The notes below the pieces were generated by a model. That model made no database searches. It was not told the DNA's origin and saw nothing but the letters and a program-made list of their open reading frames with translations. This document shows positions 28,125-37,771 of a stretch of 58,621 bases of DNA, piece by piece; position 1 is the first letter of the stretch; every line of letters starts with the position of its first letter. The DNA is from a virus (lineage: Duplodnaviria; Caudoviricetes): IMG/VR virus record IMGVR_UViG_3300032321_001507, positions 1 through 58,621 of that record; one strand, 5' to 3'. A program made the position numbers and the translations under genes.

Positions 28125-28709
28125 ATGGCTGAATCAAAGTTACAACGTGAATTTCGCGAACGCGACGTTCAACGCATGCGTAATCTAATTACAAAAGATT
28201 ATGGAGCTAAAACCGGAGTCCAAATAGGATATACCAAAGAAAATATTGAACGTAAAGAAGGTGATGTTTGGGAAGAAAACCAAAAAAAATGGACCATTAA
28301 AAATGGTATTAAAATGACTATATCTAAATTAGATAGTGTTAAAAAAATCATGCAATTACCATTAACATGTCCTAAATGTAATAAAGCAATGAAAGATTTT
28401 GAAGTGAATAGAAAAATGTATTCAGTTCATAAAATGTGTCTTGGTTGTGTTGTTGAATTCGAAAGTGAATTAAAACGTTTAGGTAAATATGAAGAATATG
28501 AACGTAATATTATTAAAAAAGGTATTATTGTTTATATTCAAGAATTAGAATCTCTTATGTTAGAAATAGCTATGAATGATAATAATGAATCATTTGTTAC
28601 TGAGGCCGGTGATATTGAAAAATGGTCTGGTGGTAACTTTGATAAACAGAGTATTATAGAAGAAATAGCTGAATATATAAAAACTATCAAGGAAGCCCAT
28701 CAATTGTAA
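28125..28709 (+). CDS. hypothetical protein with CxxC..CxxC zinc finger
   Basis: CPKC ... CLGC. Confidence 0.8.
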   Translation: MAESKLQREFRERDVQRMRNLITKDYGAKTGVQIGYTKENIERKEGDVWEENQKKWTIKNGIKMTISKLDSVKKIMQLPLTCPKCNKAMKDFEVNRKMYSVHKMCLGCVVEFESELKRLGKYEEYERNIIKKGIIVYIQELESLMLEIAMNDNNESFVTEAGDIEKWSGGNFDKQSIIEEIAEYIKTIKEAHQL

Positions 28710-28744
28710 TATTTATAGTTATATTTACTATTTTATTATAACCA

Positions 28745-29026
28745 ATGGATCAAAATAACATCTGGTCAGTACTAATTACAGCAATAACCGTTTTAGGCGG
28801 TACATCAGCATTTAGATACTACGAAAAACGCGCAATGCGTAAAGAAAGAGACGATGAATTTATTCGTCACGATTGTAAAGATAGAATTGCTAAATTAGAA
28901 GCTTTACTAGAATCATCATCAAGAGAAAAAGACGAATTAAGAGGTTTAGTACTTAAATTAACTGCTGAAGTAGCTGAATTACGTGTTAAAGTTGAATTCT
29001 TTGAAACTAATAGACCAAACCGATAA
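28745..29026 (+). CDS. membrane-anchored coiled-coil protein (possible holin)
   Basis: N-terminal TM then coiled coil; late motif at 28709. Confidence 0.6.
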   Translation: MDQNNIWSVLITAITVLGGTSAFRYYEKRAMRKERDDEFIRHDCKDRIAKLEALLESSSREKDELRGLVLKLTAEVAELRVKVEFFETNRPNR

Positions 29027-29538
29027 TGATTAAATTATTGGATATATTAAACGAAGCAGATCCTAAAATAGGTACAGGTAAAAAACCTAAAGGATCTGGC
29101 CGCCGTTTATATACCGATGAAAATCCTAAAGACACAGTTCGTGTCAAATTTAAAACCGCTCAAGACATAAAAGATACATTATCTAAAGAATCATTTAAGT
29201 CTAAAACACATGCTCGTAAATCACAAATTATTAATTTAATTCATCAACGTGTTAGAGCAGCATATGGTAAAGCAAAAAATCCTGAAGTAAAAGCAAGATT
29301 AAAACGTGCTTTAGATTATATTGAAAAACGTAAAGAAGCATCTAAAAAGAAAACCCAACAACTACAAAAAGAATCTTCATCATTTGCACAACAAGCGGCT
29401 ATTGCTATTGCTAAAAAGAAAAGTGGCAAATATGATAAAGAAGGAAAACGCATAAAAGAAACATCTAACCCACAATCAGGCAAAGCAGCACCATATGGTT
29501 CTGGATATGCCCCCGTAAAAATAAAAAATAATGATTAA
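29026..29538 (+). CDS. basic protein with MIKL..E leader
   Basis: MIKLLDILNE; KPKGSGRRLYTDENPKDT domain. Confidence 0.8.
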   Translation: MIKLLDILNEADPKIGTGKKPKGSGRRLYTDENPKDTVRVKFKTAQDIKDTLSKESFKSKTHARKSQIINLIHQRVRAAYGKAKNPEVKARLKRALDYIEKRKEASKKKTQQLQKESSSFAQQAAIAIAKKKSGKYDKEGKRIKETSNPQSGKAAPYGSGYAPVKIKNND

Positions 29539-29857
29539 GCTATTAAATTTAATTAACGAAGAGTTAATAACAGATAACAAATTCGAGGAATTTGCTGGTA
29601 CTAGATTAAAAGGTGCTGAAAAAATTGCTGACACTACTCAAGAGGCCGGTGGTTTATCTTTATTAACTTATAAACATTACAAAGTTAAGTTACCATACTA
29701 TAAAAAAGCAGCAGCTGGTAAACTAGATAAAGAAGCAGCTAAAAAGGAATTTGAAGAAACTTTAAAAAGTATATCATTAGATATGACTCAATCACAATTT
29801 CAAACAGAAGTTGGACGTTTAGAAGTATTAGGTGAACTATTAATACAAAATAAATAA
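29531..29857 (+). CDS. hypothetical protein with MIKL..E leader
   Basis: MIKLLNLINE. Confidence 0.8.
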   Translation: MIKLLNLINEELITDNKFEEFAGTRLKGAEKIADTTQEAGGLSLLTYKHYKVKLPYYKKAAAGKLDKEAAKKEFEETLKSISLDMTQSQFQTEVGRLEVLGELLIQNK

Positions 29858-29858
29858 T

Positions 29859-30482
29859 ATGCTAAACGAGAACATTTGTTACTTTAAATGTCTCATAAAA
29901 GAATCTTACTTTACTAAAAATCCTAAAGATTCTAATAAGTACCATAATGCTTACGCTTTTGGTATTCAATCAATAATGGGTAAAATTCTTACCTTTCATA
30001 TCATGACTGATTATGGAATGTTAAGATCTAGAGTACCTTTATCTGAAATTTATTTACAAGAACCTAAAAAAGATCTTCCTTTTTATTATAAACAGTTATG
30101 GGACTGCTTTGATAATAACGTAACTATTATAACTTATGAGTACTTAAAAGAAAAAAAATGCAAAGTTATATTAAGAGATAAGACTTACGTTTGGGCTACA
30201 TATTTATTTACAGTAGACTGGCAAAATAATCCATATTCAGACGAACCAACAGACTATAAATGCGGTCATATTTTAGTAGCTGATGATGGATATTTATTGT
30301 GTATGCCTAATAATAGAATATTTTGGAAGGATTCTAATTGGATAACTAAAGATTTCCCTATAGACCCTAAAAGTATTAAAGTAGATACAGAATTATTAGC
30401 TGTAGAATCAGTAGCAGATAGATGGGTATCAGAAGATACAGATTCATTCTACTATGATATTAAAGAAATAAAACATGATTAA
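29859..30482 (+). CDS. conserved phage hypothetical protein
   Basis: QLWDCF..YLFTVDW..KCGH..PNNRI motifs. Confidence 0.8.
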   Translation: MLNENICYFKCLIKESYFTKNPKDSNKYHNAYAFGIQSIMGKILTFHIMTDYGMLRSRVPLSEIYLQEPKKDLPFYYKQLWDCFDNNVTIITYEYLKEKKCKVILRDKTYVWATYLFTVDWQNNPYSDEPTDYKCGHILVADDGYLLCMPNNRIFWKDSNWITKDFPIDPKSIKVDTELLAVESVADRWVSEDTDSFYYDIKEIKHD

Positions 30483-31386
30483 ATTATTAAACATATTAAA
30501 CGAATTATTATTCGAAAAGAAACTTTGCCCTAAAGGCAAAGCTTACTATAATCGCCGTAAAGCTGCTGGTGAAAAACCATCCGCTTATCTTTCTGGTCGT
30601 GCTGTTAAAGTATGTAAAGGTTTAATGGAAGAGGATGATTTAGATATGCACGAATCATTACGTGATTGGTTTGAAAAAGAAGATTGGGTTCGTATAGATA
30701 CAGCAGGCAATATTACAGGCCCTTGTGGTACAATGAAAAAAGGTAATGCAACAACCCGTTGTCTACCTCGTGCTAAAGCAAATAGTTTAACTAAAGCAGA
30801 ACGCGCTGCTACTGCTCGCAAAAAAGTAGCTGGTTCTAAAAAAGGAGACCAATTTGTACCTAATACTAAAAAAGCAAAAGTTAGTCTTAATGAAGTAGAA
30901 GATCCAATTATCCAATGTGAAAAATGTGGTCATAGCTGGAAAGTAAGTCAATCAGATCCTTCTGATTTATATATATGTCATAACTGTAACTTTGATAATA
31001 GTTACAAATACAATAGTGAAATAGATGAATACGATGTTGAAAATGAACAAGATATAAAAGAATTCATTGAATTCATGCGTGAATATCAACAACAACTATC
31101 CGAAGCAGATTGTGATTGTTTACTTGAAGCCGAATATCGTGGCCGTAAAGTACAATTAGGCAAAATCATGCAAGGTGATATTAAGAAATTTAAAGTTTTT
31201 GTTAAAAATAATAAGGGTAAAGTTGTAAAAGTAAACTTTGGATGGGGTGGTAAATCAGCTAAAGGCAAAAGAATGGTTATTAAAGCCAAAAATCCAAAAA
31301 GACGAGCAGCTTATAGAGCAAGACACAATTGTGATAATCCAGGACCACGTTGGAAAGCAAATTACTGGTCTTGTAAAAAATGGTAA
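30475..31386 (+). CDS. modular basic/Cys-rich protein with MIKL..E leader
   Basis: MIKLLNILNE; modules PSAY.SG, LRDWF.EDW..PCG..CLP, CxxC..CxxC, RARHNC..YWSCKKW. Confidence 0.8.
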   Translation: MIKLLNILNELLFEKKLCPKGKAYYNRRKAAGEKPSAYLSGRAVKVCKGLMEEDDLDMHESLRDWFEKEDWVRIDTAGNITGPCGTMKKGNATTRCLPRAKANSLTKAERAATARKKVAGSKKGDQFVPNTKKAKVSLNEVEDPIIQCEKCGHSWKVSQSDPSDLYICHNCNFDNSYKYNSEIDEYDVENEQDIKEFIEFMREYQQQLSEADCDCLLEAEYRGRKVQLGKIMQGDIKKFKVFVKNNKGKVVKVNFGWGGKSAKGKRMVIKAKNPKRRAAYRARHNCDNPGPRWKANYWSCKKW

Positions 31387-31387
31387 T

Positions 31388-31684
31388 ATGATTAAGTTAA
31401 TAGATATACTAAACGAAGACGTTAATAGTGCTGAATTTAATCGCTTACATTGGCGTGATCATTTTAAAGAAATTATTAAATGTGCTGAAATAGCTTTATC
31501 AAGTACTGATGCTGAAATAATTAATACTGAAGTAGATAGTATAATCAATCATGCTCAAGCAGCAGCTGATAAACAAGAAGCTACTTACGCTAAAGCCAAT
31601 ACTCCTGAAACTATAAATTCAAATATAGCTAATTCATATACAGGAACAGATGACGATATAACTGGTCCTGGAATGGATAGCTAA
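31388..31684 (+). CDS. hypothetical protein with MIKL..E leader
   Basis: true start is ATG 31388 (MIKLIDILNE), right after the upstream stop. Confidence 0.8.
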   Translation: MIKLIDILNEDVNSAEFNRLHWRDHFKEIIKCAEIALSSTDAEIINTEVDSIINHAQAAADKQEATYAKANTPETINSNIANSYTGTDDDITGPGMDS

Positions 31685-31735
31685 GTTACTTTTTCTATAT
31701 TTATACCTATATAATATATAAATTAATTTTCAATT

Positions 31736-32698
31736 ATGCCATTAGTAAAACGTTTAATTAAAGGGTCTACTTTGACTTACCAAGAAATGGATGATAACTT
31801 ATCTTATCTTGATAATAAAGTAAGTGGATCTAGTGGATATATAACAAGATTTAGTGGTTCTACCGCTTTAACTAGCAGTTTATTAAACCAAATTGCTTCT
31901 ACTGTTTTTGTATATGGTTCGTTTAACGTATCTCAATCACTAACTGTTAATAATAGTAGTGTTGTAACTTTAGCATCACCTTCATATTACATAGCAACAG
32001 GATCCGTTACTGCTTCTGTTAGTGTAAATAATTATGATGTATTTAATATTAAAAGTGGTAGTGTATATTATTCATTAATTAATGATAATACTAATAATAC
32101 TTCTTTTGGTAGAAGTACTATCCCATTAACATCTACAGGTAATTTTAATACTTCAATAGGAGGATATGTATTAGGATCATTAACATCTGGTACAAAAAAC
32201 ACTGGTGTTGGATATTCCTCATTACTTAGTATAACTCAAGGTAATAATAACGTTGCTGTTGGAAATAACACCTTAATTTATATTGTTACAGAATCATTTA
32301 ATACAGCAATAGGTGCTAATGCTGGAGAAAATCTTTCTGGTCAACGAAATACATTAGTAGGTAACCAAACACTAACCAATAGTAATACTGGTAGCAATAA
32401 TACAGTTATAGGTAATACTGCTGGTTTTAATAACTACGGAAATAATAACGTATTTTTAGGACATCAGGCTGGATATAATGAAGCTGGTTCTAATAAATTA
32501 TATATTGCTAATAATAGCGGTTCATCTCCATTAATCAAAGGTGACTTTAGTAGCGGGTCAGTAACTATTAATAATGTATTAACTATGGTTACTCAAAGTG
32601 CTTTACCTGCTGCAGCAAATTATCCTTATTCATTCGCAGTATCATCAAGTGGTGTACCATTCTTTTCAAATGGTACTACCTGGACAGCATTATTCTAA
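31736..32698 (+). CDS. fibre/adhesin-like virion protein (beta-roll repeats)
   Basis: KGSTLTYQEMDDNL N-terminus; repeated NT.IG...L....G..N; late motif at 31697. Confidence 0.75.
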   Translation: MPLVKRLIKGSTLTYQEMDDNLSYLDNKVSGSSGYITRFSGSTALTSSLLNQIASTVFVYGSFNVSQSLTVNNSSVVTLASPSYYIATGSVTASVSVNNYDVFNIKSGSVYYSLINDNTNNTSFGRSTIPLTSTGNFNTSIGGYVLGSLTSGTKNTGVGYSSLLSITQGNNNVAVGNNTLIYIVTESFNTAIGANAGENLSGQRNTLVGNQTLTNSNTGSNNTVIGNTAGFNNYGNNNVFLGHQAGYNEAGSNKLYIANNSGSSPLIKGDFSSGSVTINNVLTMVTQSALPAAANYPYSFAVSSSGVPFFSNGTTWTALF

Positions 32699-32725
32699 AT
32701 ATTTATATAAAATACACATAACAAA

Positions 32726-32866
32726 ATGGCAAAACCTAAAACCCAAGTTGTAAAAGCTTTCCAAAAGCGTCACAAAGTACGTAGAAAAGGCGTACACGCT
32801 AAAACAAAAGTTTCAAATTCAAAAAATGCAACTAATTACGTTAAATTAAGTAGAGGACAAGGATGA
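32726..32866 (+). CDS. 46-aa highly basic peptide ending RGQG (not in ORF track)
   Basis: MAKPKTQVVKAFQKRHKVRRKGVHAKTKVSNSKNATNYVKLSRGQG*; late motif at 32699; ATGA overlap with the next gene. Confidence 0.75.
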   Translation: MAKPKTQVVKAFQKRHKVRRKGVHAKTKVSNSKNATNYVKLSRGQG

Positions 32867-33387
32867 TAAAATTACAAGATATATTAAACGAAAATTTAGA
32901 TATTGATAAATTATTCAATAATCTACTTACCAAAGTAAAACAATCAGGACAATCAACTGCTGGTTTAGAAAATGAATTTAATAAAGCAGATAATCCAGTT
33001 GCTAAACTTAAGGTACTTAACAAATATAAAAATATTGTTAAAGAATCTGTTAATGAATCAGTTTATTTTGATCCTAAAAGCAATAAAGAACTTGATCTAC
33101 AATGGAATGGTAGACAATGGGAAATTGATATTAGAAAAAAAGGTGACATGAGCTTTAGTAAGCCTGTTACTATTAAACGCGATACACTAGAACAAATAAA
33201 AGACTGGTGTAGACAATATAATTTACCTACAGACTGGATTACAGAAAAAGAAATAAATGAAGTAGAATCAGCATTTAAAATTGATCCAGCTTTAGCAGGT
33301 AAAATATACGATATATTAGTGAGAGAAGGTGTTAAATTAGATATGACTAAAGCATACTTTTTTTCGTTTTTGAATAATAAATTATAA
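32863..33387 (+). CDS. hypothetical protein with MIKL..E leader
   Basis: MIKLQDILNE; internal VKE/VNE/ITE/INE sites. Confidence 0.8.
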   Translation: MIKLQDILNENLDIDKLFNNLLTKVKQSGQSTAGLENEFNKADNPVAKLKVLNKYKNIVKESVNESVYFDPKSNKELDLQWNGRQWEIDIRKKGDMSFSKPVTIKRDTLEQIKDWCRQYNLPTDWITEKEINEVESAFKIDPALAGKIYDILVREGVKLDMTKAYFFSFLNNKL

Positions 33388-33397
33388 TATATGGACG

Positions 33398-33622
33398 GTG
33401 ATAGTCGAAAACAGAATGCAAACCTGGAGAAAAACACTAAAAGAAAACTTGGCTACCATCTGCCTAATGTTGGGAATGTTTTTCAATCCGTTTGGGTTCG
33501 ATGCCGTTCAATATTCTCTGATACTATGGACAGGGAGTTTGTGGAAAGCGAATTTCGTTTTGTACTGTATTGCGGGGCTATTCTTTGGGTTATATATCTC
33601 ATTGCGAAATAAAGAAAATTAA
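33398..33622 (+). CDS. small membrane protein
   Basis: two hydrophobic helices around FFNPFGFD; start may be ATG 33416. Confidence 0.65.
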   Translation: MIVENRMQTWRKTLKENLATICLMLGMFFNPFGFDAVQYSLILWTGSLWKANFVLYCIAGLFFGLYISLRNKEN

Positions 33623-33654
33623 ATATTTATATATAAACACATTAATTAACAATC

Positions 33655-34116
33655 ATGAAAGTAAACGAAATCAAAAATATCATCAATCAAGTAATTGCTG
33701 AAGCTAAAGAAAAAAAAGAAGCTTTACCAAAAAGTGGTGGTAAATTAGTACATTTAAAGAAAGAATTAGCTAGCTTAAAAAGCATGCAAGAATCTGTAAG
33801 TCAACTTACTATGAACGAAGCTAACGCTCAACCATTAGTAGCTGAGTACGCTCACATGCAAAAATATGTGAACGAATTAGAAAAAATTAAAATGGCTTCT
33901 GCTAAATTATCTGAAATGTTAGGTAATCAAATTGGTGAAGTTGAGAATAAAATTTCAACTGAAACTCAGAAAATCAAAGAAATGATGGGTTTAGTAGAAC
34001 CAGTTGAAGAAAAGAAAGCTAAAAAAGTTGAAAAAACTGAAAAAGCTGAACCTAAAAAAGCTGAACCTAAAAAAGCTGAAAAAAAAGAAGAACCTAAAGC
34101 TAAAGAAGAAAAATAA
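33655..34116 (+). CDS. coiled-coil protein with KAEPK C-terminal repeats
   Basis: IKNIINQVIAE N-motif; late motif at 33623. Confidence 0.8.
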   Translation: MKVNEIKNIINQVIAEAKEKKEALPKSGGKLVHLKKELASLKSMQESVSQLTMNEANAQPLVAEYAHMQKYVNELEKIKMASAKLSEMLGNQIGEVENKISTETQKIKEMMGLVEPVEEKKAKKVEKTEKAEPKKAEPKKAEKKEEPKAKEEK

Positions 34117-34118
34117 TT

Positions 34119-34688
34119 ATGAAACAGTCGATTAACGAAATCAAAAGAATGCAATTATTAGCTGGTATCCTTAATGAATCACAGTTGAATGAAGAACAAG
34201 AAAATAAAGAATTATCTCCTGAACAAGCTGTTCAAAAAGCTATGCCTTTAGTATCTAAATTAGAAAATAATTCTGAATTAGATAGTATTGCTTCTGATAT
34301 TGCTAAAGACCCAAAAGCTACTAAACAGTTAATGGATTTGTTAAATAAATACGGTGTTAATCCTGCTAATGTTAGTGAAAATATAGATAATAGTGCATTT
34401 GAAAAAATAGCTCTAGCCATGGCTAAAAAAGCTGACTCATCTGATAATTTATCTGAAGAAGCAGGCTTTGATTATAGTGGAGCTTTTTGGCTAGGATTTG
34501 TAGGCGGAGGTGCATTAGGTCGTTATATCGCTAGTATTGGAGATGTGATAACTCCGCATATGCAATTACATGGATACTCTCCATCCCATTTTGGAGCCAT
34601 GGTAGGTGGCTCATTATTAGGAGTAGCACTTTTAACTATTGGTAAAATGGTTTATGACAAATATAAAAAACCATTTGGTGAAAATTAA
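34119..34688 (+). CDS. protein with RMQLLAGI motif and C-terminal glycine-rich TM helices
   Basis: INEIKRMQLLAGILNE; two hydrophobic Gly-rich segments. Confidence 0.8.
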   Translation: MKQSINEIKRMQLLAGILNESQLNEEQENKELSPEQAVQKAMPLVSKLENNSELDSIASDIAKDPKATKQLMDLLNKYGVNPANVSENIDNSAFEKIALAMAKKADSSDNLSEEAGFDYSGAFWLGFVGGGALGRYIASIGDVITPHMQLHGYSPSHFGAMVGGSLLGVALLTIGKMVYDKYKKPFGEN

Positions 34689-34696
34689 AATTAATT

Positions 34697-35068
34697 ATGA
34701 ATCCATTAGCAGGACAATTCGTATCAACATTGTTTGCCTCTAGAACACAGGCACATGTTTTTCATTTACAAACCCCATCATTTGCTGCACACTCTGCATT
34801 AAATACATACTACGATGAAATTGTAGGTTTAACCGATAGTTTTGTTGAGGGATATCAAGGTAAATATGGTATTATTATGGGATATGCAAATGTTGCTTTA
34901 CAAGAATATGAAAGCTGTGAGGCAATTATTAATTATTTCACTATATTAGATATCTATATTACTAAAACCCGTGAAATGGTTTGCCCAGATTCATATTTAC
35001 AAAATATTATTGATGAAATTGTAGCGTTGATTAATTCAACTATCTACAAATTAAAATACCTTAAATAA
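34697..35068 (+). CDS. ferritin/Dps-like protein (DUF5856-like)
   Basis: H..HLQT.SFAAH.AL..YYD.I..L.D..VE.YQG.YG ... LQNI.DEI...Y.L. Confidence 0.8.
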   Translation: MNPLAGQFVSTLFASRTQAHVFHLQTPSFAAHSALNTYYDEIVGLTDSFVEGYQGKYGIIMGYANVALQEYESCEAIINYFTILDIYITKTREMVCPDSYLQNIIDEIVALINSTIYKLKYLK

Positions 35069-35727
35069 TGATTAAATTAATCGACCTTATCTCTGAACGC
35101 AATTTATCTGCTAAAGAAGAAAAAATTGTTAAAGCATTAAAGAAAACAGGAAAATTCAAAAAGAATGATCCTGATATGTATGCTATTGCTGCATCTAAAG
35201 CAGAAGCATTAGATCCAGTAGGTAAGGAAGATAAGGATATTGATAATAATGGTAAAGTAGATAATACAGATAAATATTTACTTAAACGTCGTAAAGCAAT
35301 AGCTGCTAACATTAAAGAAGATAACGGAATGGAATTTCCAAAAGAAATATCTTCACTCTATGGTAATCAATTTGTATTCATCCATGATGATAGTAAACCT
35401 GGTTTTTATAATATTAAAGATCTTGAAACAGGTAAAATGATAGGAAGAGTAGGATTTCCTACCCCAGAAAAAGCTAAATCTTTTGCTATGGATTTAGTAA
35501 AACCAAAAGGTGGAACAATATCAACTCAACTTGAAAGTCAAGATCACGAAGTAGCAATGGCTATTTCTAGTTTAGAAGCTATCGCTGAAGCAATTATAGA
35601 GTTAAGACAAAAATTAGGTAATACAGAACGCAACATACCTGGATGGATTCAGGACCACATTACAAACGCTGAAAATTATATTGAGCAAGCAGCTCAAGGT
35701 TTTCATGAACTAAAAAACGATGAGTAA
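35068..35727 (+). CDS. modular protein with MIKL..E leader
   Basis: MIKLIDLISE; EF-hand-like DKDIDNNGKVDNTD; DHEVAMA..IPGWIQ module. Confidence 0.8.
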   Translation: MIKLIDLISERNLSAKEEKIVKALKKTGKFKKNDPDMYAIAASKAEALDPVGKEDKDIDNNGKVDNTDKYLLKRRKAIAANIKEDNGMEFPKEISSLYGNQFVFIHDDSKPGFYNIKDLETGKMIGRVGFPTPEKAKSFAMDLVKPKGGTISTQLESQDHEVAMAISSLEAIAEAIIELRQKLGNTERNIPGWIQDHITNAENYIEQAAQGFHELKNDE

Positions 35728-36223
35728 CTTATTACTAGAAAAATATATTTCCGTTGCGGTACAGAAAGCTTTAAGAGAGCAAGAAGTGGCACAACAAAAA
35801 TCAGAAAAATCGATGTACCTAGTATATCGATTTCCTGGTTTAAAGAAACAATTAGAGGAGCTTATGTCTCCTGCTTTTGGACGTTATATTGCTAATATTG
35901 ATATTGTAGCACCTAAACCAACAACATTTAAAATTGATTTAATAAATTCCCAAATATTCTATATATATTACCTTGGTAAAGGAGAATATATGTTTAAAAT
36001 ATCTGGTAAAAAATATTATGCTGAAAGTTTAGGTGATTTAGAAAGAGCATCAGATGCTGTAACAGCATTATTAGAATTAAATTATGCTCCAACCGAAGTT
36101 AAGGAAGAAGCAGTCCCCACTGATAAAGGTACTGAATTAGGTGATGAATTAGCTGCTGCTGATAGTGCAACACCGGAAGCATCAGCTGAAGAAGAGGTAC
36201 CTGAAGAAGAAGTAAACGTATAA
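35720..36223 (+). CDS. hypothetical protein
   Basis: 167 aa, acidic tail. Confidence 0.75.
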   Translation: MSNLLLEKYISVAVQKALREQEVAQQKSEKSMYLVYRFPGLKKQLEELMSPAFGRYIANIDIVAPKPTTFKIDLINSQIFYIYYLGKGEYMFKISGKKYYAESLGDLERASDAVTALLELNYAPTEVKEEAVPTDKGTELGDELAAADSATPEASAEEEVPEEEVNV

Positions 36224-37752
36224 TGGTTAATATAGATAGCATATTATTAGAATGGTCTTACCGTTGTAACGATGGCGTTGTTGATTTAAACGACCCTGAA
36301 AAAAAAGCTATATTAGAACAAGTTTTAAAAGAAATAGGTATTGATTTATCTGAAGCTGAAAATGAAGATTTAATTTCATTAATTAGTAATTCTGATTTAT
36401 TTTCTGATTTTGGAACTTTAGAAGCATCTGGAAATAATACAATAAAACTAATATTTTCAAACATCCCTAATAGAGGTTCCCAATCAGATTCATTACGTAA
36501 CGATGCTTATGATGCATTAAAACAATTAGTAGATCAAAATAAAGATTTATCTGATTTTAGAAAATTATCTCCAGGTACGGGTTCTAGTTTAGGAAGTGCT
36601 GTTGTTAATTATAAAGGTAAAGATTACAAATTAATTGTTAAAGGTGTTTCCGATGAATCTTCTAGTGATACAGATGTTAAAGAGGCATTAGTTTCATTAT
36701 TTTATGTTTCTGATATTACTACCCCTTTTAATAGTGAAAATTACGAATCAAGAATAAATCAATTAATTAATGCTGCACAAGAAGGTATTCCTGGAGAAAG
36801 TAGTAATGCATCACAAAAAGTAGTTAGTTTCCTTACAGCAATATCAACTGATAATAAATCATCAAATATAACTTTCATAAACCAACCTTTATCATCAGCA
36901 TTAGCCATAAAATTAGCATATCCTGATCAAAAACTAATAAGAACAGGTTTATTTGATGTTATAAGAAATAAAGCAACATTATTAACTGGACTACCAGCAG
37001 ATAAATGGTGTCCTGGTGATGTATATGTTCAATTAGGACCTGTAGATGGTATTAGTAAAATTGATAATATTGAACTTCTTAATGATTTATTCAATAATGA
37101 ATGGGGTGAAACCTTAAAACCATTAGTTGCTGTATCATTAAAACAAGCAGAAGCACAAGGTGGAAAAGCTAAAGCATTACTTAACAAATATACTAAAGCT
37201 AAAGAAGATTATAATTTAACTGCTGATGAAATTGATTTTGATGAAGAACAATTTAAAAATGGTATTAAAGACTTAAGAAATAAAATCCAATCTAAAATTA
37301 GTGGTAATCAAAATATTGAATATGTTACGGATTCTGATAATTTAAAAAGTGATATTAGATTTTTAAGAGGCAAATATGCTGCTTTAAAATCAGTAGAATT
37401 TTTATTTAGACAATTTAATGATAGTGAAGTTGATGATGCTATAGTAGCATTAGCAGGATTTGCATTATCATTATCCGGTGTAAATCCAACGTTCTTTAAA
37501 GTAACAGGACAAAAAAGTGGTGAACCTGGTAAAGTAGATACCTTCCCAAGAGGCCAAAATATTATATTATATAATATAGATGGTGATTATGAACCTATTA
37601 AAGTAGAAGATAGTTCTACTTTTGGTGGTTTAAAAATTAATTTTAAAATTGAAAAGGGAGGAAATCCATATTTAGTATCTATTAATGCTAGAAATAATGG
37701 TAATACTCAAGGAACTTTAGAAATACAAAAAATTCAACCACTGTCAAAATAA
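36223..37752 (+). CDS. putative PD-(D/E)XK-type nuclease with leader MVNIDSILLE
   Basis: E...DKWCPGDVY...VSLKQ resembles the DKWNPADIW..SLK nuclease-like family. Confidence 0.55.
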   Translation: MVNIDSILLEWSYRCNDGVVDLNDPEKKAILEQVLKEIGIDLSEAENEDLISLISNSDLFSDFGTLEASGNNTIKLIFSNIPNRGSQSDSLRNDAYDALKQLVDQNKDLSDFRKLSPGTGSSLGSAVVNYKGKDYKLIVKGVSDESSSDTDVKEALVSLFYVSDITTPFNSENYESRINQLINAAQEGIPGESSNASQKVVSFLTAISTDNKSSNITFINQPLSSALAIKLAYPDQKLIRTGLFDVIRNKATLLTGLPADKWCPGDVYVQLGPVDGISKIDNIELLNDLFNNEWGETLKPLVAVSLKQAEAQGGKAKALLNKYTKAKEDYNLTADEIDFDEEQFKNGIKDLRNKIQSKISGNQNIEYVTDSDNLKSDIRFLRGKYAALKSVEFLFRQFNDSEVDDAIVALAGFALSLSGVNPTFFKVTGQKSGEPGKVDTFPRGQNIILYNIDGDYEPIKVEDSSTFGGLKINFKIEKGGNPYLVSINARNNGNTQGTLEIQKIQPLSK

Positions 37753-37771
37753 TTTTATTATATTTATATAC

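Noticed and set aside
33391-33612. Alternative-frame ORF MDGDSRKQ...
   Set aside because: The overlapping frame 33398-33622 gives a coherent membrane protein that ends at the next late motif.
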